A stretch of DNA of 63,543 nucleotides, filler included, from Basidioascus undulatus (taxonomy: Eukaryota): NCBI GenBank assembly GCA_000826855.1. It is 7 parts of 7 records of this genome, joined end to end, with 100 filler letters (N's around TTAATTAATTAA, not from the genome) between each part and the next. Parts side by side here need not be neighbours in the genome. Positions count along the whole stretch, not along the records: positions 45,273 to 51,297 come from JTLS01001821.1; positions 51,398 to 57,420 come from JTLS01001822.1; positions 57,521 to 63,543 come from JTLS01001823.1; 4 more parts are not named here. One strand, given 5' to 3'. Of this stretch, positions 47,926-60,308 are shown one piece after another. The translations under genes and the position numbers were made by a program. Positions within the stretch are counted from its first letter, which is position 1. Each line of letters starts with the position of its first letter. The notes under the pieces are model-generated. The model made no database searches, was not told where the DNA came from, and was given only the letters and a program-made list of their open reading frames with translations.

Positions 47926-50900
47926 TCAGAACCCCCTCGCGCCCGACCCAAGCGTAGGCGTGACCGGATCCTCCACGCTCCGTCGCCTCCCATCCAGCTC
48001 GCCGTCCCCAAACTCCATCTCCGCGTACTCTCTCTCCCAAGGCGGTTTCCCCGCCTGCCCCTGCCCCTGCCCAGCCTTGAGCGTGCTCTTCCTCCCGAGC
48101 GCCCGTCGCCCGATGCATCCGGTGCCCGAGCTGTTCACGGCCTTCTCCAGCCTTCGCTGCAGCCCACGGCCGTCGTACCCCTTCGCGCCGTCCAGACTCG
48201 CGAGGACGTCGTCGGGGACCTCCGGCTCGGGACGCGGCGCGGAGAGTGAGAGGAACGAGCGGTCGGTCGTCCATGATGCGCGGGAGGAGGGGCGCGATGA
48301 GGGAGGGGAGGAGGGCGCGCCTGAGGGCGTGGAGGAGGGCGCGCGCGAGGAGCGCGGGGGACGGAAGAGTGCGTCGCCCATACCCGAGCGGGCGACGAGG
48401 AGGTCCGCGTCGGTCGGGAGCGAGAAGGGGAGCATGAACCTGCGCCACGCTCCCATACACAGTCAGCTCTCCTCTCGAACGAGGACCGCCAGAACGCACC
48501 GACTGTCCAGCAGCTCACCAGCGGGCTCAGGTCCCCTAGGCGGCACCCAATCCGCCGGACTCCGCTCCGTGTCAAACAGCGGGTCGATCCCGTTCTCCGC
48601 CTCCTCCTCTGCGCGCTCGCCCTCCGCGCCTTCTCTCGCCCCGCCTCGCCCGTTGAGCTCCCCGCTCCGGAGCTCCCACATCTGCGCGACCTGCACGAGG
48701 TACTCGACGCACTCGGTCGCCATCTTCGGCTCCGCAACGGGCGCAGCCTCGTACCGGTAGTCGCGCTGCGCGCGGCGCAGCTGGAGCGGGTTGAGCGCTC
48801 GGAGCGTTTGGGTCGTGGCGATTAGATTGGAGAAGTCGGATAGGGTGGAGAGGCACTGTGGCTCAAGATATTAGCGGCCTAATGTGAGGAAGACGATAAA
48901 GCCGAAGACGCACGGTGAGCCATTGCAGGAGCTGCGACAGCGGGGCGAAGTGCGCGGACACAACAGCGGTCGGTAATCGGTGCATCTTGGCCTGCCACCC
49001 ATCCGCGTCCAGCATCAGTACCCCGCCAACAACTTTCGCCTTGCGAACGACGTACCCAGTCCTCCAGCGTCGACACATTCAGCCGGATCTGCATCGCCCG
49101 GCTCCGGCAGAGGTACTTCTTTCGCATCAGCACGCGGTTGAAGAGCTCGCAGCCGACCCAGTAGAAGATCTGCGCGAGTGCCCAGGTCCCCCAGTCTTCA
49201 GTATCGCTATCCCCATCTCGCGCTAGGCCAGGACGAAAGGAAGAGGAGACGAAGGGGAGGCAGAGGATGGCGCCCGCACCTGCGAGAAAGTTTGGACCAC
49301 GATCCCCGGGTTGATATCATACAGCTGCAGCACGAGCAACGTAGCGCTCAGGACGTCCGTAATGCCCTTCGGATCCGGGGCCGTCTCGATGACCGCTCCT
49401 CCTCCTTCCTCCTCCCCCTGGGGCAGATCCACCATGCTCTGCGGTCTCCTCTGCTCCGCCCCCGCTGCCGCGGCGGCCTGCTGCCCGGGGGGTACGAACA
49501 GATCGGAGAGAATTGCGGAGGCCGGGCGCGCGGGGACGGGGTTGGAGTACTTCCGCGAGGAGACGGAGCGCTGAGAGGAGCGCGTGGACTTCGTGAGCGC
49601 GCGCATCAGGCGCCACTCGCCGTCGAAGCGGATGTCGTCGAACTCGGGGAGGGGGGAGTGGTCGAGGAGGGCGGGGTCGAGGGCTCTGGTTGCGGAGAGG
49701 GAGAAGGTGGTCAACAAAGGCTGGAAAAAGGGTGGGGGCCAAGGGGGTGGAAGACGGACTTGTCAATCTTCTTTTCTGCTACGCGGATGATGAACACTGA
49801 TGCGCTCATCTAAGCATCAGCGCGCCGAGAAAAGACGGAAAGAGGGCGAAAGGCGCACCGTAGATCTCGTTAATCAAATCCTCGAGCATGTCCTGCATCT
49901 CGCCCGCTGTCGCCTCGCGTAGGCCGACGTCCGCGCGGAGGAAGAAGAGCCACAGCGTGATGTTGTGCAGCCAGTACGCGAGTAGTGGGAGGTTATCAGG
50001 ATTTGCCTGTGCGCCCTCCGCTCGTCCTCAGCCGTCTGCACTCCAACGCAACGCAACGCAAACGCACGCACCATGACGGCCTCCTCGATCCTTTCCACCG
50101 CCCCGTCAAACACCTCCCCCGCCATCTCGCCCTCCGCGTCGCCGAAGTAGTGCGCGTACCGTATCCAGAGGAAGAGCGCGCTCGCGGGCGTCGAGCGACG
50201 CGTGCGGGGCGCGCGCACGGGCGGGAGGGCGATGAGGTGCGTGAGCAGCTGGGGCAGCTCGGAGGGCGAGAAGGCGAGCATCTGGTGTGGGAGGCAGAGG
50301 GTGTAGAGGAAGGGCTGGGGAGGCTGCGAGGGGTGGAAATTGAGATGGGGGAGGAGGGGGTGAAAGGGGTATGAGAGAAGGACGAACCTCGTCGGAGTCG
50401 TCCGCGTCGTCGGACGGGGAGAGGGACGAGGAGGGATCCGCATCGCCCTCGGGGTCGTCCGTGTCTCGCAAGAGCTTCCAGTCAAACTCCATCAGCCTCG
50501 CAGAGTCCCACATCGCCCTCTCCCGCTTCTCCGTCCTTTCTCGCCTCTTCCTCTCCTGCCTGACTCCCCGGCCTCCACTGGGCTTTACCGTGCCTCCCTC
50601 CGTGACGACGAGCCCCTCACTCCACTTCATCGTCCCCTGCGAGCCGAAGCCCGACCCCGCGCCGGCCCCGAAGCCCTTGAGCGGGCTGCTCCCGACTGAC
50701 GCGCACGCCTCCTCCTCGGCGGATTCGAGCAACTCGCCGACGCCCGCCCGCGCGGCGGGGATCGCAGACGGGGACGCGACGAGGTCCTTGGGTGTGCGAC
50801 CGAGGCGGGAGCGGGTGAGGGGGGAGGCGCCGATGGAGAGGAGGTGGGTGACGATCTTGGGGGAGGAGGGGTGCGTGGAGAGAGAGGACCAGTGGAGGGG

Positions 50901-51297
50901 CGTCCAGCCCTCTGATTTCACCCATCAGAAAAAAAAATCAGCTCAACTGGGTAGGGGGTGGAGGGGACAGGAGGGCAGACTGACGGGCATCCTGCGACTC
51001 GACATCCGCACCAGCATCGACCAGTCTCCTCACGCCTTCTTCCCACCCGAGCGCAGAAGCAAGCACCAACGGGGTGCTGCCCTCCTCGTCCCTGCATTCA
51101 AGGTCGACCCACTCACGCCCGGGCGGGCCGAGCACGACATCGAGCAGCTCGTTGCTCAGGCTCGACACGGCCTGGAGGAGTGTGCGGTCGGCGAGGGTCT
51201 GCTTTGCGCCCGGGGGGAGGTCGGAGGAGGGGTCGAGGAGCGGGAGGACGTCGGAGGGTGAGGGGAGGGGCGGGAGGAGTGGCAAGACGGGGCAGCC
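47926..51297 (-). CDS. Ankyrin-repeat + dilute (DIL) domain protein (5'-truncated)
   Basis: Ankyrins RDEEGSTPLVLASALGWEEGVRRLVDAGADV and GWTPLHWS..LLSIGASP; DIL region LAYWLHN, VQTFSQ-IFYWVGCELFNRVLMRKKYLCRSRAMQIRLNVSTLEDW, LSQLLQWL, LNPLQLRRAQRDYRYE. Confidence 0.9.
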
Positions 51298-51397
51298 NNN
51301 NNNNNNNNNNNNNNNNNNNNNNNNNNNNNNNNNNNNNNNNNTTAATTAATTAANNNNNNNNNNNNNNNNNNNNNNNNNNNNNNNNNNNNNNNNNNNN
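51298..51397. other. Artificial contig-join spacer
   Basis: N44-TTAATTAATTAA-N44. Confidence 0.99.
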
Positions 51398-51789
51398 CCC
51401 GCCCCGACGCCGGATCGACCACTACGTGATGAACCTCCCCGGCTCGGCGCTCGAGTTCCTCGACGCGTTCCGGGACGCATACGCCCCTGGCTCCGAGGCG
51501 GAGGACGGCGAGCCCCGGCCGATGGTGCACGTGCACTGCTTCTCGCGCGAGCTGGAGCCGGAGAAGATGGAGAAGGACGTGTGCGAGGTACGCTGCGCTG
51601 GGATGTTGGGTGTCGTTGAGATGGTTGCTGATGGTTGTGGTGGTGCCATGCCCGCAGCGTGCGACGACATACCTCGGCGCACCCGTCACGCCCGATATGG
51701 ACGGCTTCAACCTCCATCTCGTACGCTCTGTCGCGCCGAACAAGAATATGGCGTGCCTCTCCTTTAGACTGCCGGAGTTCTCGGCGTAG
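51398..51789 (+). CDS. TRM5: tRNA (guanine-N1)-methyltransferase, C-terminal exons
   Basis: IDHYVMNLPGSALEFLDAF, PMVHVHCFSR, LHLVRSVAPNKNMACLSFRLP. Confidence 0.93.
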
Positions 51790-52962
51790 TTGCGAGGATG
51801 CATGCCTTGCTTGCTGCTTTCAACCGAGCCTGCGTGCAATGATGAGTGCACATGCGATCAAAACAGTCTGTCCCTGCAGCGTCTCCCTATCCTTCCAGTC
51901 CTCACACTCAAGCTCAAGTTCCCCCGTCCTACCCCCGCCGCTGGCGCGCTCGTCTTCCTCTCCACTCCAGACCCGTCCTGTCACCCCGCGCGCGCTCGCG
52001 GGGAGGAAGAAATAGGTGGGGATTGTTGAAGCGGCTGTGAGCGCCGAATCCGGCTCGGCCGCGAATGCAACAGAGTTCTAGGCGCACCAACCCCGTATCT
52101 CGTCTAGTGCCATCTCGTGAGGTTGCACCACTCGTCTTCGATGTGGCCGAGTTCTGGCGTTCTTTAGCTGAACAGTCGGACGTCCGGCCTGAGCAGAGAT
52201 GCTATGTACGAGCTTCTTGAAAAGCCCGATACTAAACGCTCTATGTAAAGTTGAATCATATTGCACGATGATCCGCTCTTTAATGGAATACCTGTTTGGC
52301 GAGACAGCCGTTTCGCTGAAGCCTGGAGCGCGCCGCGTAGACAAGTTTCAAGCAGACCAGGCTGCCGTGTCGGACGCCGCGGAGTATAAGCTGCCCGTTA
52401 AGTGTGTAAGCGACGTAACATTAATAGATACAAAAGGGGAGGCGTAAAGATAGGAAGGGGGGGCTTATGGGAAGATGGGAAGAGAGGCGCACTGCGGGGC
52501 GCACAGAACAGGTGGATGGGAGGATTCGAAAGAACGGTTTCGCGCAGGCACCGTCGCTACAGTGCAAATCACGAATGAGACGATTGGACAAAACATTCGA
52601 AGTTCTTGGTACTCTATGCCTTGGTGAACGGACAAGTAGCGAGGCAATGTGAAAGTGAGATTGGGAATTCCTCAAGGCGCACGCAGGCACGTCTGGCTCG
52701 GCATGCGTCTTGAGCAATTCCCAGCATGGTGATTTGCGAGGATTGCGAAAACTTGTATGATTACAAAGGCGAAAATAAACTAGAATGGCTTGGTCGTTGG
52801 GCTGCATTGCGCCTCATGGTCCCGGTTGACACGCCGCAGCTTCATCAGTGCTTTTGAGACATTTGTCACCCAAAGGTTTGCAGGCTTTTCTCTCCATACC
52901 TCCTAGGTATAGAATGGAATGCATGGTCCAGCATAAAAGAAAGGCAAAGGCGGCCCTCAGTA

Positions 52963-53002
52963 CAGCTTGAGTACTGTGCAGCTTGAGTACTGTGCAGCTT
53001 GA
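52963..53002 (+). repeat. 16-bp tandem repeat CAGCTTGAGTACTGTG x2.5
   Basis: Read directly from the sequence. Confidence 0.85.
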
Positions 53003-53559
53003 TTACCAGATGCCCCTTGTTTGTTTGTTTGTACTCCAGTTTATGGAGCGGTTCGATGCCCGAAGGGCATATGCTACTCAAATACAAAGGGACCTTCGGG
53101 GGGGATAAGGGGCATTGGGGGGTGTGGAGACTTCGGAGACATAGGCGCATAGGCATAGGGGACATAGGTGACATAGTGGCAGTGGTGGAGGCAAAAACAT
53201 AAAAACATAAGAGACCTAGGGGCGCAGACTGGGTGCGGCATTCATATTGATCATACGGGGGACCGGAGGCAGCTGTTTGCACTGTCTGAGTCACTCTGTC
53301 GCTCGTGCCTTGCTCCTTTTGGTTGTCGGTATTGGCCATCCCAAGAAAGAAAAGCTACTCATACCTCGGCAGACAGGAAGAGAGCCTTACAAAACCAAGC
53401 CACCTGTTGAGCAGTGGGTCAACATTCATGTGTGCATCAAACTCACAGCCTTTCAGATGAAAACTGTGAGTTTCAGCTGAGCTTGGGTCAGGGTCAGGTG
53501 AATGCATAGTAATTTCAACTGAAAATGTGAGGTTCAGCTGAGCGGGATGAGGGTTCAAC

Positions 53560-53870
53560 TGAAGGATGGCGATGGGTGAAGGAATGTCTTGAGGAAATGG
53601 CAGTCCTAGAGGGAAAGACGTCCTTGAGAAAGTCATACTGAAGGATGGCCATGAGGCAATGGCAGTCCTTGAGCGAAGGACAGCCATGGATGAAGGACTG
53701 CCTTGAGGCGATGGCAGTGCTGCAGGGAAGGATGTCCTGATGAAATTACAGTCTTGGAGAGAAGGAATGTGTTGAGGAAATGGCATCCTGGAGAGAAGGA
53801 CAGCCATGAGTGAAGGACTGCCTTGAGGAAATTGCAGTCCTGGAGAGAAAGACAGCTTTGAGGAAAAATG
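53560..53870 (+). repeat. Degenerate ~120-bp tandem repeat
   Basis: GAAGGACAGCCATG..TGAAGGACTGCCTTGAGG at about 53675 and 53795, with a related copy at about 53577. Confidence 0.75.
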
Positions 53871-54754
53871 ATGTTTAAAAATAAAGGTCATGCCCAATGG
53901 CCTATGCATAGCCTAGTGGTTCCTGGCTTGCCAAGCCCAAGCCTTGGGGCTGAGAGATGGGCCTATATGCCGTCCTGCATGCGGATGGGGCAAGAAAGTC
54001 GACCCACTGTGCATTGGGCTAATGGTTGATTCAAAGCGTTCTCCCCCATAGCCGCATGGAAAGCCTTTCAATGATAAAGTTCAACTTGGCAATGTCGGGA
54101 GGTGGGTGACTGCAGGTCTTTCTACCTCAAGTGACAGTGGCAGCCGGCGATGCACAGACAGCATGTCACAGTGGCTCCTTCCATGTTGCATCCCAGCGCT
54201 GTTGCTTGCTGTCTAGCTGCACATTCATCTCTACACCCCGCATTGAGACTTATGCTGTTCACTGCAATGCAGACAAACATAACTGCCTGCAAGCTGAGGC
54301 ATGTAGCAAGCTTGCATTGCACCCAGTCAGGACAAGCACAGCATCAAAATCTCGTCTTTTACAAATCTCTCTGTACCCTTTCTTCACATCCCTCCACAAG
54401 CTGTCTGCTCCTATCACACAACATCCACATTGTCCCTCTCCCTCACCTCCCACACTTGGCTTCTTGGCCTTCCCTGCCCCACACATTTCTCTCTTTACAA
54501 ATTTGAATGGGTCACTGAACAAACAAAGGCGTACATAAGAAACTCCAGACTTGCAGTTCCATTGTGAGTCTCAACGGCATCTGCCATTGCTTCGCAGGTC
54601 CAGCTTCATGCCCACCCACAGAAAAGCACTAACCCCTCAGCAAGTCCATCTGAATACTGGGAAAGCATACCCGTAGCTACACTTCACACGTTGTCTTCTC
54701 AAATCAGCTGTGTAAAGAAAGTGACATGGACCTGAAAAAAAAACAGACGAATGT

Positions 54755-54848
54755 GCCCCGGTAGCTTAGCTGTACCTTTGTGACATCCCTCACGAAAGAG
54801 CAAGCCTTGCCTTTAATTGAAGGTTGGGTCAAGCTTTCTTTTGTTTTT
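54755..54848 (+). ncRNA. Candidate structured Pol III small RNA (unclassified)
   Basis: tRNA-like 5' end with A box TAGCTTAGCTG; closing stem plus two hairpins; T-run; B box GTTCGAATCC at 54956-54965. Confidence 0.35.
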
Positions 54849-55280
54849 GCATCGCTGTGCTTTTTCCAACCGTCATCTGTTTACATATCCGGTTCTCCGG
54901 GAAAGAGGGGGTCGATGTAGGCACGCGCGCGAGTGGCAAATCTGCGGCAACCAGTGTTCGAATCCTGTTGAAGCCCTTTTATCATTATTATTATTATTAT
55001 TTTCTCTTTTGAGCCAGTTGCCCAGTCCCAATGGGCACCAGATCTATGTCTTCAACCGTCAACTCTCCTGATCACTGTAGTTTTCTCGTTTCGTTGCTAC
55101 ATCATATAGCGAGAGCCCGAAAGGCTTGCGGTCGCCCATTCGGGTCTTTCGGGTCGCGGCACGCTGAGCCGGTCACCACCTCCATCATCGCACGCAATCA
55201 TGGCTCTCCGCGGTCGCCTCTGAACCACGACATACATCTCTACCACTAATCTCTAACCATTGACCGTGCAACTTCTAACA

Positions 55281-56004
55281 ATGTCTGCCGCCGCTGCAAA
55301 GGCTGGTCTCATCGTCCTGTCCCTGCCATACTAACTTCATCTAGGCCTGCGTCGAGCTGACATTTCCGAGTCGATCGCCAGTTCTTCACGGCCGACGCGT
55401 TCGCTGTGGCGGGCGCGTCGACGGACCGCGCTAAGTTCGGGAACAAGGTGCTGAGATGGCTAGTCGTCGTCCATTCCCTCCTCAGGGCGTGAGGAGAGGG
55501 AACACTTACTCCAAGAGTGTGGGGGAGCAGGTACCAGGCGAGGAGTCTGCCGGTCACGCCGATCAACCCGGTAGGGCGTCTTCTGCCATCCCATAGAAGG
55601 GCTGTTCTGACAAGTCAAAGCGGTACGTCTTCAGAATGAGAAACTCGTCGAAGGCCTCTCCACAATCTCCTCCATCGCCGACCTGCCCGCCTCCGCCCTC
55701 CCGTCCACCTCCCTAAGCATCATCACCCCTCCCCGAGTACATCACCCTCCCTCATTCCCTCTCTCCCTTCCCGCCAACCCCACGCTCATTCTCCCGCAAC
55801 CGACAGGTATCCCTTTCGATCCTCCAGGAGGCCTTCAGCTCGCCCTCGGCAAGCGTCCGCGCGGCGTGGCTGCAGCCAGGCGCGGAGGACGAGAGCGTCA
55901 AGGCGTGGGTGCGCGAGCAAGGCTTGGGCGACCGCGTTGTTCTTGGCGGGCCGTGTGTGCTCGTCAGCGGGGACGAGGCGAGGGCGCAGGCAGCGAAGCT
56001 GTGA
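55281..56004 (+). CDS. CoA-binding domain protein (YccU-like)
   Basis: FAVAGASTDRAKFGNKVLRW-YQARSLPVTPINP, SLSIITPP, WLQPGAEDE, GGPCVLVSGD. Confidence 0.9.
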
Positions 56005-56327
56005 GGTGTGAGGAGGACAAAAGGCGCTCGAGGAGTTGAATGAGTTTCCACGGTCGAGCTGCGATGAAGTTTGCTCGCAGCGATAGCCTTGCCTTTCAGC
56101 CAAAGAATGCCTGTATGACTTGAAATAAAAATGGGCTCTGAATGTAAAACATTCTCGATATTTGACGTGAAACAGAAGCGAGCTAATAAAGATGTGCGGA
56201 AAGACTAGGGCGGCTCTGCCCTGATCGTTCCCCGCGGCCCTGCGCTCTCTCACTCGCTCGTTCGTCCTTGTCCTCCTGCCCTCCCACTCCATTGCGCGCC
56301 CTCCCAGCGCCGCGGTGTCCCCTCAAG

Positions 56328-57420
56328 ATGGACCCGCACAACCCGCACCCATCCCACGGCCCACCAACGCCGTACCATCATCCTCCTCCGCACCAGCACC
56401 ACCCTCCAGCTCCTCAAAACCCATTCAGCCCGTCGTACTGGCACGCCCCGGCGGCGGCAGCGGCGTACTCCCCGACGACGTCAACCTCGGACGCGGCGGC
56501 GATGATGACCCCGCCGCCGCTGCCCTCCCCCGCGCCGAGCACGCGCTCGGCCGGACCGGACACGTATGCGTGCCACTTGTGCGAGAAGGTGAGTCTGCGG
56601 ATGGGCGAAGGGGCGTGGATCGTCGATGGACCTGGGGCGGGCGCTTGGTTTGCCTGAGTTCTACGCTCGCTTTGGGGTCGTCCTGGCTGGGCTATTCGCT
56701 GGATTTTCCGAAACTTTTTGCTGGGAATGCGTGGTATATGTGGGACTATAATTGCTCCAGCATGTAGAGCTCTGAAAGGCGGTCCCGAGGCGTACGAGAC
56801 TGACGATTCCCTTTCCCTCGCTCGTTCCGTCGTCCGCCCAACCCCGCAGGCCTACACCGGCACCCACGCACGCTCCATCCTTCGGCGACACCTCGACCAA
56901 AAGCACGGCATCCCGCTCTCCCAGCAGCCCCGCAAGGTGCGTAGCTGCTCCCCTGCCGCCCGTGTACCTGCTCCCCACACGCTGATCTCGGGTGGGACCG
57001 GCTGCTGAGCAGACTCGCTGGGATGACGGTGTGTTGCTTCCGACGGTTTCCAGATGGAGAGGGATAATGGTTTATTGGCTTTTTTGGTATGGTAGACCCG
57101 GACAGGCCGAAGACGGAGGAGGAAAAGCGGGAGCGGTTCGTCTCCCTCCTCCTTCCGCGATCTACCTTCCTCCCTTAAGATCCTTATCCACCTCAACCCC
57201 CCCAGGACGCTCGAGTCCAAACGCCGCTGGGCCAAGAAGAAGCGGCAACGGGATAAAGAAGCGCTGGCAGCCTCGACAGGCCTCTCGCCCTCGACGTCTT
57301 CCGCCTCCGCCTCCGCCTCCCACACCCCGCAGCACCCCCACCCCTTACCGAGCATGCCGTCTCTCCGCGGCCGTCGAGGAGCACGATAGATACCCTCCAC
57401 CTCCACCCATCAAAGATGAC
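56328..57420 (+). CDS. C2H2 zinc-finger protein (putative transcription factor); 3' end at the contig edge
   Basis: Pro/His-rich N-terminus; YACHLCEK-AYTGTHARSILRRHLDQKH; TRWDD-DPDRPKTEEEKRER-TLESKRRWAKKKR basic helix. Confidence 0.8.
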
Positions 57421-57520
57421 NNNNNNNNNNNNNNNNNNNNNNNNNNNNNNNNNNNNNNNNNNNNTTAATTAATTAANNNNNNNNNNNNNNNNNNNNNNNN
57501 NNNNNNNNNNNNNNNNNNNN
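57421..57520. other. Artificial contig-join spacer
   Basis: N44-TTAATTAATTAA-N44. Confidence 0.99.
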
Positions 57521-58581
57521 CATTCGACACCAGGGTTCTGTGCGTTGCTCAGCGAACGCAAGAGCTTCTTTCGGGCGGGCGTGCTAGAGGCTGATGCTTT
57601 CTTATGGTCATTCACAGTGTCGAAGGCCTTCTGGGTAACGGTGCATGGTTGGCAATTTCCGAGAATGCCCATATGTCCAGGCGAGACGCTGACATACATT
57701 TCTCGCAGCCGTCGGCCATCAACTTGTGACCTGTTCGCCGGTTGAATACACAACCATCCAACCGCCTTCCGGCCAGACGTGCGCAGCCTTCATGGAGCTG
57801 TACATTGCGATGGCGGGGCGGGTACGTCAGGGCAACCCGCACGCCACGGAGGCGTGCAAGTTCTGCAGCTCTCGAACGACGGACCAGTTCATGTGAGATT
57901 AGGCTTCCCCATCCCCCTCACCCACTTCCCAATTCACTCCTTTTAACTAAACACTACGAGGCGCCGGCAGGACACAATTCTCGGTCGAGTAGGCGCATCG
58001 GTGTCGGAACATCGGGATCCTTGTTGCCTATTAGGTGAGGGTGTCGTTTTCCGCCGAGTTCTGTCCAGAGGCGAACAAGGGGTAGGCTCACAATGTGCGC
58101 CCTCATCTTCAGGCGTTCAATGTGTTGATCCTACTCGGCAGCACCTGGCTCTTCCGCGTCCGCGGTATCAGTGGGTTGATCCCGACAAGGCTCGGAAAGA
58201 AGGCCTAAGCAGAGCGTCCGAGTCGACGGGGAACGTATGAGGCGCGGAGGCTGCTGCGGCACTCGTCCTTCAGACACCGTCGTTCGAAGGTTCGTGGCGA
58301 TTATAGTCCGTCTTTGATAACTGTATCCTGCATTGGTTGTTTGTTTGGGTTGTGGTGGTTGGAACATAGATGAACACACCGTCGTTAGGTATTCAACTCT
58401 CTCTCTCTTACTCTCTCTCTCTTTTATTTATTTACCTTTCTTCGGGCGCCCGTACTTACTGACCCGATGATTACGTAAATCATTGACATTTAGTGCTGTG
58501 ACTTTTAATTGAGGCGTGGCTATCGCTTGCAAATCGACTCGAAGGCGAAGTCTTTCTATGGCCTAGCCATGACAGCCTGCG

Positions 58582-60308
58582 TTGGCGGAGCGGGAGGCTA
58601 TCAAGCCGACGGAGCAAGCGCTGATCACCGAAAACGTCCAACGGCAAGTGCTTGATGCTCTCGGCGTGGATAATACGGCAGTCGAGACTGTTCTTCCTTT
58701 TCTACCTGTACGTACTGCTTTCCCGGTGCTCCAACGGGTGAAATCTCATGGTCGTTATTTGCAGGGCCAACGCCATCATCTCGCCGCTTGGCTCAGAGTG
58801 CGGCCGCACATTCTATGAGCCGCCGTTTGTCTGTGCACACTGCAGTCCATGACCTCCTGTGTCCCTCGCCTCATGCCATATCCTTTTCTCCGTTCCCAGA
58901 CTGATCGTCCGCACCGTTCGATCCTGAACGTTTCGCCTCCGCCTGGCGCTTGCTTCGACAACGCCACAGCATCCTCCGCACGGCATTCGCAGCGGTCTCG
59001 CCGTCTGATGTCATGCAAGTTGTTTTCAAGGAATCCCAGACGATGATCCGACCTGGGAGTTCATCGAGTTGGATGGCTCGTTCGAGGACAAGGTCATCCA
59101 GCAAGTCCGCCTCGAGGCAAGCCGTCCGTCCGACATGTTCTCGCCACCCATCCGTGTCGGCTGACAAGACGCTTTCATCCTTGTTATCCACCACGTTCTT
59201 TATGGTGTGTTTGAACTATCTTCTTGCTAAAGATACCGCTAACTCATTCCCCTCATTCTGCCTCAGACGCGTTGTCCATCCCCCTGCTCATCTCGGATCT
59301 TTGCGCACTTCATGAGCAACAGGCATGCGATAGCTTTCCCGCCTTCTCCGACCTTGTCCAGCACATCTTCTTTGTCCGCAATACCGACGCCGACCGGAAG
59401 TACTGGCTGAAAGCGCTCTCGGGCGCGCAGCCCACCCTCCTTTCCCCTGCTCCTTCGGCCTCACGTCCAACCTCGCCTGCTCCTCCAACACCTTCCTCTT
59501 CCGCAGCGCCATCTCACAAGCCTCTTCGCTTTCCATCGCGACCGTTCAATTCAACCTTGCACTCCCCTCCGTCATTCTCGCAGCGCTCGGCCGGCTCTTC
59601 GCTACCTTCGCCGGCGCGGCCGATCCCGTCTTCGGTCTCTTCCAGACCGGGCCCTCTTCGTCGTTTGACGGTATTGAGGCTGTGGCGGGACCCACGCTCA
59701 ACGTCTTGCCGCTCCGTGTGAGAGCTCCCGGTGCCGGTGAGATGAGAGAGGTGGCGGCGGAGGTGCAGGCCGACTTGAGACCGAGCTGCGCACGAGCAGG
59801 TTAGCTTGCGCGAGGTTGGCGAGTGGATTGTTGCCGAAGACCAGTCGCTCTTCAATACGCATGTCAACTTGCTGTGGCATCTGATCGGATCCGCGAGGTG
59901 GAGTGGCAGCTGCTGGAGCGTAGGTCGATGTACACGTCCGTCTTTCTTCATTGCGCTCATGCCACCTGCCTGCAGCTTGGCGTTCCCACTGACTTCTCAC
60001 CGAAGGAACCCGTAGGCGGGGTTACCGCGGTTGACGCCCTTGATCGCGCTTATCTGCCAAAGGTTGGTCTTGCGTTTCCGTTGGATTACGTCTCGATTGA
60101 CTCGTCTTCAGTCTGCTCACGTTTATTTATTCGCAATGCTCAATGCTTTTAGACATCCATGAACATTGACGTCGCGCTCAACGTTGAGATAAACGCCATC
60201 GACATTGCCATACGCTGCGAAGGGCCGCTTTTGGACCAGGAGGACGTGCGCAAGTTTATCCAGGACTTTGCGGAGGTGGTGCAGAGCGCAGTGAACGAGT
60301 TGGCATGA
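58582..60308 (+). pseudogene. Terminal condensation domain of a siderophore-type NRPS, frameshifted fragment
   Basis: VETVLPFLP-GQRHHLAAWL; AWRL/LRQRHSILRTAF; ILVIHHVLY-DALSIPLLISDL (HHxxxD); YWLKALSG; PVFGLFQTG..GPTLNVLPLRV; LFNTHVNLLWH; many frameshifts and stops. Confidence 0.85.

Larger units (their letters stand above)
52860..54730. mobile_element. Probable degenerate repetitive/transposon-derived segment
   Basis: Lower GC, few CpG with many TG/CA, several internal tandem repeats, no recognisable host gene; no transposase motif identified. Confidence 0.4.

Noticed and set aside
53560..53870. Repeat array considered as CRISPR-like
   Set aside because: The repeats are degenerate and contiguous with no unique spacers, there are no cas genes, and the context is eukaryotic.
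54755..54977. A single intron-containing tRNA spanning the A box and B box
   Set aside because: 5' GCCCCGG does not pair with the 3' TGAAGCC(C), and T-runs lie between them. Kept only as an unclassified ncRNA candidate.
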